DNA of 37,148 bases, taken from the NCBI GenBank assembly GCA_027053075.1, contig JALUEE010000070.1, positions 1 to 37,148 on the forward strand, in the 5' to 3' direction. The stretch comes from a candidate division WOR-3 bacterium (lineage in GTDB: Bacteria; Hydrothermota; Hydrothermia; B15-G9; WFZT01). A program made the position numbers and the translations under genes. This document shows, piece after piece, positions 27,380-37,148 of this stretch. The notes below the pieces were generated by a model. That model was not told where the DNA came from. It did no database searches and saw only the letters and a list, made by a program, of their open reading frames with translations. Position 1 is the stretch's first letter. Each line of letters opens with the position of its first letter.

Positions 27380-28308
27380 GTTTCTGGTACAATCAGGTTC
27401 CAATGGAAGAAAATTTTAATTCTGGACATCTTGCATGCCAGGGCTGTGGCGCAACCATTGCCATGAGGTATGCTCTTAAGGCCCTGGGAACAAACACCGT
27501 CGTGGTAATCCCCGCATGCTGCTGGACTATTATTGATGGTGCTTTCCCGGCTCATGCGATTAAAACCCCTCTTTTCCACACTGCATTTGAGACAGCCGCA
27601 GTTGTGGCTTCTGGAATAAAATCGGGCCTTAGAATTAGAGGAAAAGGTGATGTCACGGTGATGGCCTGGGCAGGTGATGGTGGGACATTTGACATTGGAC
27701 TGCAGTCCCTTTCTGGCGCTGCTGAGAGGAACGAGGACATTATTTACGTGGTTTATGACAACGAAGCTTACATGAATACAGGAATCCAGCGTTCAAGTGC
27801 GACACCCTATGGGGCGTGGACGACCACAACACCTGAAAAGCATCCTGAAGACAGGCCAAAAAAGAATATAATGGAAATTTTAGCAGCCCACAGTATCCCC
27901 TATCAGGCAACAGCCACAGTGGCTTTTCCTGAGGATTTCATTAGAAAATTCAAGAAGGCAAAGAATATCAGAGGAACCCGCTTTATCCATGTACTCTCAC
28001 CGTGTCCACCTGGATGGAAGATAGCATCTGACATGTCTATCAGGGTTTCAAGACTCGCTGTGGAAACAAAGGTTTTCCCGCTTTATGAGATCGAGGAATA
28101 TGGTGACAAATACACCATCAACTACTGGCCAAAAGGGTTGCCTGTAAAAGAATACCTGAAGCTTCAAGGGAGATTTCGTCACCTGACAGAGGATAAGGTT
28201 GAATATATCCAGAAATATGTGGACAAGCAGTGGGAAAAGCTGGTACTCAAGCACAAGCTCTCCCACGGCACCACAGACAACATACCGAAGAATGTAGTTT
28301 ACAGGTAG
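27376..28308 (+). CDS. porB: 2-oxoacid:acceptor oxidoreductase beta (TPP-binding) subunit
   Basis: GHLACQGCG, GDGG...DNEAYMNTGIQRS, SPCPPGW. Confidence 0.93.
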   Translation: MSFWYNQVPMEENFNSGHLACQGCGATIAMRYALKALGTNTVVVIPACCWTIIDGAFPAHAIKTPLFHTAFETAAVVASGIKSGLRIRGKGDVTVMAWAGDGGTFDIGLQSLSGAAERNEDIIYVVYDNEAYMNTGIQRSSATPYGAWTTTTPEKHPEDRPKKNIMEILAAHSIPYQATATVAFPEDFIRKFKKAKNIRGTRFIHVLSPCPPGWKIASDMSIRVSRLAVETKVFPLYEIEEYGDKYTINYWPKGLPVKEYLKLQGRFRHLTEDKVEYIQKYVDKQWEKLVLKHKLSHGTTDNIPKNVVYR

Positions 28309-28512
28309 AAGTTAGGGGAGGGGGTGGTTGAAATCTTTTCTAACATCAGAGAGTTAAGGGAAGAAAACAAGGAATAGTTTTACATCCGACTTTGCGATTT
28401 TCCAGGGTAAATTAACCCATAGAAATTAGCCGGGTGACCAAGCCTTTCCGTACGTCGGGAACAACCCCAGTATTGAACCCCAGCTTAGCTTACTCTCTCA
28501 TGAGAAATATTC

Positions 28513-28542
28513 AGAGTTCCGATCGAATAGATATAGAACTCT
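28513..28542 (-). terminator. Possible hairpin just after the nfnB stop
   Basis: AGAGTTC...GAACTCT inverted repeat with partial inner pairing; no clear U-tract. Confidence 0.3.
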
Positions 28543-28544
28543 AA

Positions 28545-30829
<2,285 letters not shown>

Positions 30830-30833
30830 AGAA

Positions 30834-31154
30834 TTATTTGAGTTTTTCGAGTAGCTTTAGATTTCTATCTCGAACCATGTCTCCCACAGTTTTGATGAGG
30901 TCGTAAACGCGCTCGTCTGCGACACTGTAATAAACATTCACTCCTTTCTTCCGGGACTTGAGAATGCCGGCCTTTTTCAGAATGGACAGGTGTCTTGAGA
31001 CTGCCGATTGGTCAATTCCAAGTATAGGAATGAGGTCACATGCACACTTTTCTCCCTCTTTCAGTAGCTCGAGTATAAGAATTCTCCTTCCACATGACAG
31101 TGCCGAGAATATATCTTTGCGAGGATCATCTATATCCTTCTCATATCTCGCCAT
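30834..31154 (-). CDS. ArsR/SmtB family transcriptional regulator
   Basis: FSALSCGRR, CACDL, QSAVSRHLSILK..G and YYS wHTH pattern; GGAGG SD. Confidence 0.9.
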   Translation of the reverse strand: MARYEKDIDDPRKDIFSALSCGRRILILELLKEGEKCACDLIPILGIDQSAVSRHLSILKKAGILKSRKKGVNVYYSVADERVYDLIKTVGDMVRDRNLKLLEKLK

Positions 31155-31186
31155 TTTTTACCTCCTTTGCGGATCTTGTTTCGATT

Positions 31187-31242
31187 AGATTAAAACTATA
31201 TTTAAAGTTTGTCAAGTTTTAATATTGCCTTAATAGCAATAT
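31187..31242 (-). promoter_or_regulatory. Promoter and candidate operators of the arsR-nfnAB operon
   Basis: TTGACA-17bp-TAATCT on the minus strand; inverted repeats ATTAAAACT-N17-AGTTTTAAT (31189-31223) and ATATTGC-N7-GCAATAT (31222-31242). Confidence 0.55.
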
Positions 31243-31252
31243 CTTTGAGGCA

Positions 31253-32515
31253 TTATTGGCGATTTAATAAATTTTTCAACGATTTCAGTCGCCTGACCGT
31301 CTCGTATCCATAATAGATGATAGGGAACACAATGTTATTCTGAAGGAGAGGCTCATCAACATCGGCGTAGGCATTGGCTTTCTTCCCATCCGGTGTGCCG
31401 GGGATAGGCGAGTACTCAGAGAGCATAATTTTTAAGCCCAGTTCCGATACTTCCCGCATCCCCTGCTCCACTTCCTCGGGAGGCTGGCCGGGAAGCCCCA
31501 TGAGAAGATAAACCGTTATCTGATCGCGGGAAAATCCAGCCGAGAGCAGATTCTCAACGGCATTGTAAAAGTTTTCTGAAGTAACTTTGCCACCTGTTGC
31601 CCTTTGACGCTCAGGATCAGTTGTTTCATAACCTATGTAAATGCTCTCAAATCCTGCATCGTACATGGCTCTTGCCACCTCGGATGTGATGAACTTTGCA
31701 TGAAGGGCATTGGGAGTATGAAACCTTAAGCCCCAGTCTTTTACCATTTCAAGGAGAGGTAAAATACCACGCTGAGGATTGACAAGCAGCGCATCATCGT
31801 AAAACACAATATCTCTTATTCCCCTATTGCGAAAATACTGTATTTCTTCTGCCACCTCGCTTAAATTCTTGATCTTAAAGTGTGGATGGAGAATCCAGAC
31901 AGCGCAGTATGTGCATCTAAAAGGGCAGCCCTCTGTGAGTTTTATCACCCCGTATGGTAGATAGTGATAAAATCCCCAATCTGGATGGGCATTAAGAGGA
32001 GGTTTATCAACGCCCATAAATTCAAAAAGTTTCACGGTATTTATGAAAATGTGCTCCGGGTTTATTACTTCCTTTGCATGCTCAGGAATTATGGACGAAT
32101 AGGTTCCACCAAGGACGATTTTAGCACGAGGAAACATTTCTCTTATTATTTCAACCACTTCCTTTACGCCAAGATACCAGTAGGTCATTCCAGTAGAGAT
32201 GAGTATAAATTCGGGCTCATGTATTCCCTTTAAAAATTCTACGAATCTTCCCCGTGGAGCGCCGTACCTTTTATATTTTCGTGGAACAAATTCAAGCACA
32301 CCGGGCTTTTTTACTTCAATTCCGGGAAATTTTCCTCTGCCGTATCTATCTGGTTTGATATGTGGAAAGTGAGACCTATCCATGAAGTCGAAGAATTGAA
32401 CAGATACCCCCGCTTTTTTAAGAATTCCGGCTATATGAACAAGACCGTAAGGTTTGAGCCAGAAATCGTGGGCAGCGAAATCGTATATTGGCGGATTTAT
32501 GAGAAGGACATTCAT
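31253..32515 (-). CDS. Radical SAM protein with B12-binding-like N-terminal domain
   Basis: LLINPP..PYGL, LGGTY, GCPFRCTYC (CxxxCxxC), FYDDALL, MGLPGQ, PIPGT. Start taken at MNVLL, downstream of the predicted -10. Confidence 0.85.
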   Translation of the reverse strand: MNVLLINPPIYDFAAHDFWLKPYGLVHIAGILKKAGVSVQFFDFMDRSHFPHIKPDRYGRGKFPGIEVKKPGVLEFVPRKYKRYGAPRGRFVEFLKGIHEPEFILISTGMTYWYLGVKEVVEIIREMFPRAKIVLGGTYSSIIPEHAKEVINPEHIFINTVKLFEFMGVDKPPLNAHPDWGFYHYLPYGVIKLTEGCPFRCTYCAVWILHPHFKIKNLSEVAEEIQYFRNRGIRDIVFYDDALLVNPQRGILPLLEMVKDWGLRFHTPNALHAKFITSEVARAMYDAGFESIYIGYETTDPERQRATGGKVTSENFYNAVENLLSAGFSRDQITVYLLMGLPGQPPEEVEQGMREVSELGLKIMLSEYSPIPGTPDGKKANAYADVDEPLLQNNIVFPIIYYGYETVRRLKSLKNLLNRQ

Positions 32516-32560
32516 TTTAGGTGTCCATGACATTATAATTGAGACCCAACAAATCTTGAA
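32511..32560. promoter_or_regulatory. Bidirectional sigma70 promoter with overlapping -10 elements
   Basis: Plus strand: TTCATT-17-TATAAT (32534-32539). Minus strand: TTCAAG-17-TATAAT (32537-32532). Both -10s are within the palindrome ATTATAAT. Confidence 0.65.
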
Positions 32561-32572
32561 GGAGGAATCAAA

Positions 32573-32791
32573 ATGCCGGTTCCAAAGAGAAGACATTCGA
32601 GAGCGAGAGGCAGAAAGCGTCGTACACACTATACCGCATCTGCCCCGGCACTTTCAGTTTGCCCAAATTGTGGAAGACCCAAACTCCCCCACAGGGTCTG
32701 CCCTTACTGCGGTTACTATGATGGCAAAAAGGTCATCGAGGTAAAGGTAAGGGTTAAAGAAAAAGCAGCTGAGGGCGAGGCCCAGGCATAA
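32573..32791 (+). CDS. rpmF: 50S ribosomal protein L32 (zinc-binding form)
   Basis: MPVPKRRHS...CPNCG..KLPHRVCPYCGYY; GGAGG SD. Confidence 0.97.
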   Translation: MPVPKRRHSRARGRKRRTHYTASAPALSVCPNCGRPKLPHRVCPYCGYYDGKKVIEVKVRVKEKAAEGEAQA

Positions 32792-32794
32792 ATC

Positions 32795-33802
32795 ATGTCA
32801 GTCAAGGTTGCCCTTGACGCCTTTGGTAGTGACAGGGCGCCAGCTATAGAGATTGAGGGGGCGGTTAAAGTTTGTGAAGAGAATGACGATATAGAAATTT
32901 TGCTGGTGGGGGATAAACGTTTAATTGAGGAAACTCTTGGTCCAAAGAAGTGTCGGGGGAAAAAGTTATTTATCGTTGATGCACCGCAGAGGGTGACTAT
33001 GCACGATAAACCCTCTGTGGTATTGAGGAAGAAGCCTGAATCCTCAATTGCCGTTGGCCTCAAGCTGGTTGGCGATGGGCAGGCAGACGCCTTTGTATCA
33101 GCCGGGAACACAGGCGCGGTGATGGCCTATTCTCTGAAAATTCTCGGGAGACTCGAGGGCGTTAAGAGACCAGGAATTGCAGCTCTGGTCCCCACACTGG
33201 GAGGCGGATTTACTATTGTCATTGATGTAGGGGCCAATATTCAGACCAAACCTGAGCACATGCTGCAGTATGCCTTAATGGCAAAGGTGTTTATGGAATT
33301 TATTTTAAATGTGAGAGACCCGAGAATTGGATTACTCTCTATTGGTGAAGAGGAGAGTAAGGGAAATCAACTTATAAAAGAGGCTCGTGAGCTCCTTGAG
33401 GCAAATCCTCACCTTAATTTTATAGGACATGTGGAGGGTAATAATGTTCTTGAAGGTGTTGCAGATGTGATTGTTACAGACGGTTTTACCGGTAACGTCG
33501 TCCTGAAGTTTGGTGAGGGGGCGATTAATGTTTTCATGAAACTCATAAGGGATGAGGTAAAAAAGAGTATCCTCGCCTCTATTGCTGGTCTCATCCTGAA
33601 GCCAGTTTTCAAACGGCTTAAGAAAAAATTGAACTATGAAGAATATGGAGGCGCACCACTTCTGGGTGTTGATGGGGTGGTTATCATCGGTCACGGACGC
33701 TCCACATCCCTTGCAATTAAAAATGCAATCCTCACCGCCGTCAAATACTTGGAAAGAGATATCAACTCCTACATTAAAGAAGAGCTTGTGTACGCAAAAT
33801 GA
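32795..33802 (+). CDS. plsX: Phosphate acyltransferase PlsX
   Basis: ALDAFGSD.AP, SAGNTGA, DVGAN, IGEEESKG, DGFTGN, YGGAPLLG, HGRS. Confidence 0.96.
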   Translation: MSVKVALDAFGSDRAPAIEIEGAVKVCEENDDIEILLVGDKRLIEETLGPKKCRGKKLFIVDAPQRVTMHDKPSVVLRKKPESSIAVGLKLVGDGQADAFVSAGNTGAVMAYSLKILGRLEGVKRPGIAALVPTLGGGFTIVIDVGANIQTKPEHMLQYALMAKVFMEFILNVRDPRIGLLSIGEEESKGNQLIKEARELLEANPHLNFIGHVEGNNVLEGVADVIVTDGFTGNVVLKFGEGAINVFMKLIRDEVKKSILASIAGLILKPVFKRLKKKLNYEEYGGAPLLGVDGVVIIGHGRSTSLAIKNAILTAVKYLERDINSYIKEELVYAK

Positions 33803-34521
33803 TTAAGGTTGGAACCTGTGGATTCCCGGTTTCGATGAAGAAATTATTTGAATCCATCGATGCTGTTGAAACGCAGAAAACTTTCTACACGGTTGTAAGT
33901 GAGAAAACCCTGCAAAAATGGCGTGATTCTGCACCAGAAGAGTTTGAATTTACCGTCAAGGCACTTCAGGTTATCACTCATCCATTCAAAAGCCCCACTT
34001 ATAAGAGATTTAAGGGAGAGCTCGGAGACACCGCAAATTTTGGATATTTCAAGGATACACCCGAGGTTTCACGGGCGATGGAAATAACTTTGAGGGCCGC
34101 AGAGATTTTAAACGCGCGAGTTATCGTATTTCAGACTCCCGCTTCTTTCAAACCCACCGATGAGAATATTTCAAACATTCTCACATTCTTTAAAAAATGG
34201 CAGAGCCATGAATTCTCCTATGTATGGGAGCCACGGGGCCAGTGGGATGAGGATACTGTGAAAATGATATTAAACGAAGCCGGTATCTCACATGCAGTGG
34301 ATCCATTTAAAGGACATTATCTTGGCGGAAACATTGCATACTTTCGTCTGCATGGACGCGGGAAAGGATACCGCTATGAATATAATGATGATGAGCTTCG
34401 AGAATTGTTCGAGATGGTGCCCGGCAATAAGCCTTCCTATGTGATGTTTAACAATACAAACATGTTTGGGGACGCGTTAAAGTTCAAGAAGATTATTCTT
34501 CAATCCCCATCTGGTGCTTGA
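33799..34521 (+). CDS. DUF72 (YecE-like) protein
   Basis: VGTCG, VE..TFY, FTVKA..ITH, FQTPASF, WEPR, YFRLHG, YVMFNN. Confidence 0.9.
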   Translation: MIKVGTCGFPVSMKKLFESIDAVETQKTFYTVVSEKTLQKWRDSAPEEFEFTVKALQVITHPFKSPTYKRFKGELGDTANFGYFKDTPEVSRAMEITLRAAEILNARVIVFQTPASFKPTDENISNILTFFKKWQSHEFSYVWEPRGQWDEDTVKMILNEAGISHAVDPFKGHYLGGNIAYFRLHGRGKGYRYEYNDDELRELFEMVPGNKPSYVMFNNTNMFGDALKFKKIILQSPSGA

Positions 34522-34732
34522 GCTCTTCCTTCAACCGTTCGTACTCTTCTCTATCAATTTTCCCTGACTCAAGCTCGTACTCGAGCTCTCGAAGTGCTTC
34601 ATAGTAGTGGACCGAAATGTTTTTCTGCACCCTTTCCCCTGTGGCTGGAACAGCGATGTTTAGAATGATGGGCTCAAGCACGTAATAGAGAGAAAGAGCA
34701 GCAATTATACCTATCACAATAGCAGCAATCAT
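34493..34732 (-). CDS. Small membrane-anchored protein resembling the CcmI/CycH N-terminal module
   Basis: N-terminal TM helix, then LRELEYELESGKIDREEY; ATGA-coupled to ccmF. Confidence 0.6.
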   Translation of the reverse strand: MIAAIVIGIIAALSLYYVLEPIILNIAVPATGERVQKNISVHYYEALRELEYELESGKIDREEYERLKEELKHQMGIEE

Positions 34733-36675
34733 CCTTTTCTACTCCAGGGATTGTATGCGAGGATTCCCCCTAAAATAACGAGTAACGTGCCTGCCCACAA
34801 GACCTGAATCAGAGGCTCAACCATAACGTGGAAATATGCGACCTTACCTCTCTTCTCCCAGCCGGAGAGGGAAATATAAAGATCGCCATGAATAGAAGGA
34901 TAGATATCTACCTCCGAGCTCGGCTCATTTTCCCAATTAACATAAAACCTTTTCTGAGGCTTCAATGTATCCACGAGTTTGCCCTTGGAGTTATAGACTT
35001 TTACCACTGCCTGAACAATTTGCGCGTTCGGGATGTTGTATGAAAACAGGTCGGTGTATTCCAGTGTGAAATTCTTCACCCTGTGCTTTTCACCGCGCGC
35101 CACCTTAAAATCGTCCTGATGCAGGTAATAGCCAGAGCCTATGATGCCCAGTGCCGTGAGGGCTATACCAAGGTGGACAACATATCCTCCGTACTTTCTC
35201 GGGTTTAGCATGAACATCTTCCAGATGGACTTGAAAATATTTCTGTCCCTCCTGAGGCGAGTTTTGAGATCAGACCAGAAATCTTCAAGCGTGGACAGAA
35301 GCATGAAAGTAGTGAGAATATACATAACAAGGGGAAGTACATCGTGAGCACCGAGGAACCAGTAAACCACGCCAAGCGCAAGGCTTATGCCAGCCGGAAT
35401 TACAACACCCCTCATGAGATGCTTTGAACGAGCCCTTCTCCAGCCAAGATGAATACAGATTCCCATCAGAATCAGAATCACTGCAAAGAAAGGCAGAGAA
35501 GACTGATTGTAAAAGCTGGTTTTTACTGTTATCTCTTTTCCGGTGAAAATTTTTGTAAAAAGCGGTATCGTGGTTCCAACAAACACCACAAAGGCAAGGG
35601 CAAAGAATACCCAGTTTGTGAGGTAAATAAAGCCCTCGCGAGAAAACAGGTCAGAAATTTTCCTCTGGGATTGGAGCAGATTATTTCTCTTGATAATGAG
35701 GTAAACAAGGAGGATAGTAAGTCCCACCATGTATATCAGGAAGAAGTTCCCAAGTGGACTCTGAGCAAAGGCGTGAACTGACGAGATAATTCCACTTCTT
35801 GAGATATAGGTTCCAAAAATCGCAGTAATGTATGTGAGGAATATCAGTATGATGGACCATCTTTTTAGAATGTTGCCCCTCTCCTGTGCAATTATTGAGT
35901 GCAGGAAAGCGGTACCGAGAAGCCAGGGGATGAGGGAGGAGTTCTCGACAGGGTCCCAGCCCCAGTATCCACCCCATCCAAGCTCAATATATGACCATCT
36001 TGCCCCGAAGAATATGCCAGTTGTCAGGAAAATCCATGCAAGAAGTGACCATTTCCTTACTCTGATGATCCATTCTTCGTCTATTTTACCTGTGAAAAGA
36101 GCGGCAAAGGCGTAAGAGAATGGGATTGCGTATCCAACATAACCGAGATAAAGTGTAGGAGGATGGATTATCATCCAGATGTTCTGCAGGAGTGGATTCA
36201 TGCCCACACCATCAGCAGGTGTAAATTCCATTTTCTTCAAAGGATTTGAGAAAAATGAGAGGATGAGAAGCAGAAAGAGAAATGTGAATGACAGTATCAT
36301 GTAGGCATAGCTGTTGAAGTCTGAAATATCGCCTTTATTTTCGAGAATTACAATGATGGTGAAGAGCCCGAGTAGCCATATCCAGAGAACAAGGGAGCCA
36401 GATTGCCCGGCCCATAGAGCTGTGATTTTGTAAAACAGTGGCAATTCACTATTTGTGTAATGAGCAACGTATTCCACGCTAAAATCGGAAGTGATAAGGA
36501 CATAAAGTAGTGAAATCATGACGAGGGTTAGGAGTCCGAAGATAACGTAGAGCCCGCGAAGGGCTGAAAGTCTGAAGGCATAGTCCTTTTTAGCCAGACC
36601 GACTATAAAGAACAGGGATGAAAGGATGGATATTAAAAAAGCTATGTAAATTGAATATTGTCCAATTTCAGCCAT
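34729..36675 (-). CDS. ccmF: Cytochrome c maturation heme lyase CcmF/NrfE
   Basis: WAGQSGS, GMNPLLQ..HPP, WWD motif WGGYWGWDPVEN, SVHAFA, HLG. Confidence 0.95.
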   Translation of the reverse strand: MAEIGQYSIYIAFLISILSSLFFIVGLAKKDYAFRLSALRGLYVIFGLLTLVMISLLYVLITSDFSVEYVAHYTNSELPLFYKITALWAGQSGSLVLWIWLLGLFTIIVILENKGDISDFNSYAYMILSFTFLFLLLILSFFSNPLKKMEFTPADGVGMNPLLQNIWMIIHPPTLYLGYVGYAIPFSYAFAALFTGKIDEEWIIRVRKWSLLAWIFLTTGIFFGARWSYIELGWGGYWGWDPVENSSLIPWLLGTAFLHSIIAQERGNILKRWSIILIFLTYITAIFGTYISRSGIISSVHAFAQSPLGNFFLIYMVGLTILLVYLIIKRNNLLQSQRKISDLFSREGFIYLTNWVFFALAFVVFVGTTIPLFTKIFTGKEITVKTSFYNQSSLPFFAVILILMGICIHLGWRRARSKHLMRGVVIPAGISLALGVVYWFLGAHDVLPLVMYILTTFMLLSTLEDFWSDLKTRLRRDRNIFKSIWKMFMLNPRKYGGYVVHLGIALTALGIIGSGYYLHQDDFKVARGEKHRVKNFTLEYTDLFSYNIPNAQIVQAVVKVYNSKGKLVDTLKPQKRFYVNWENEPSSEVDIYPSIHGDLYISLSGWEKRGKVAYFHVMVEPLIQVLWAGTLLVILGGILAYNPWSRKG

Positions 36676-36684
36676 CGGGAGAGA

Positions 36685-36714
36685 ATTATACTTATTCTAC
36701 AATTTCCATGTCAA
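36685..36714 (-). promoter_or_regulatory. Consensus sigma70 promoter of ccmF, near-leaderless
   Basis: TTGACA-18bp-TATAAT, 9 nt before ATG 36675; no SD. Confidence 0.7.
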
Positions 36715-36942
36715 GCTGAAATTGAATGATTTTTAATTAATATTTTGTAAACCTCAAACCCATCGTGTAGCTGAGCAATTCTGAAAGGGTTGGTATGGGA
36801 AACATATTCTTTAATTTCTTCATAAGCAGAGGAAGAGAAGACAGGTGAGAGTTTACTCAGGAAATTATGATGATTTCAAATTTTTAGAAAAAGTTGGATA
36901 CCGGGCATCCCGGTCATACGTCATATTAAACATCCTTTTGGT

Positions 36943-37055
36943 GAGCTTGTTCGAAAATTCCCTTCTCCCATCCTCCCCCCACGCACAAAGTGCGTGGGGG
37001 GAAATAAGGGGGGCAAATTTTTCATTAAAGGTTTTGAAATTTTTTGAATGGGCTC
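36943..37055. mobile_element. MITE-like element, copy 2
   Basis: Left end GAGCTTGTTCGAAAAT is identical to copy 1; perfect 13-bp stem TCCCCCCACGCAC-AAA-GTGCGTGGGGGGA; right end TTGAAATTTTTTGAATGGGCTC aligns with copy 1 TTGAAATTTTTCGAACATGCTT. Confidence 0.7.
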
Positions 37056-37148
37056 TCCTTTTTATTGGTTTCCCCTAAAGAGTTTTTAGGATTTAATGGG
37101 GGAAATTTGGAGGGGATAAAAATTGAAGGGGGGCGGCGCCCTTCGGGC

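Noticed and set aside
28309..28512. Structured ncRNA between the convergent por and nfn operons
   Set aside because: Only short imperfect repeats; no recognisable RNA family. An Rfam/Infernal search would be needed.
37127..37148. GGGGCGGCGCCC-TTC-GGGC hairpin start resembling the 7384-7425 stem
   Set aside because: Truncated by the window edge, so it cannot be evaluated; probably a terminator of a gene outside the window.

Overview
Bacterial chromosomal window, probably from an anaerobic heterotroph of the FCB superphylum. This is an inference: a T9SS type-A-like C-terminal sorting signal plus the Por/Nfn gene content fit a WOR-3-like lineage. In order: partial Zn-alcohol dehydrogenase, fused NnrE-NnrD, LOG/TIGR00725 protein with an M24 peptidase, a large secreted multi-propeller protein, and a TAXI-TRAP permease/DUF1850/amine-dehydrogenase operon lacking a binding protein. 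Next is a thrC-lysC-asd operon lacking hom and thrB that ends in what looks like a circularly permuted HAD enzyme. A ~7.6 kb defence island follows: a large N6-adenine MTase, a PLD-nuclease/SNF2-helicase preceded by three tandem palindromic boxes, an orphan antitoxin-like gene and three gene stubs. Then come a 2-oxoacid oxidoreductase operon whose delta subunit contains a whole GltD/DsrL-like flavoprotein, a convergent ArsR-nfnAB operon, a radical SAM gene sharing a predicted bidirectional promoter with rpmF-plsX-DUF72, and ccmF. Intergenic regions carry REP/REPIN-like palindromes and a two-copy MITE-like element. No rRNA, tRNA, CRISPR array, integrase or transposase was seen.
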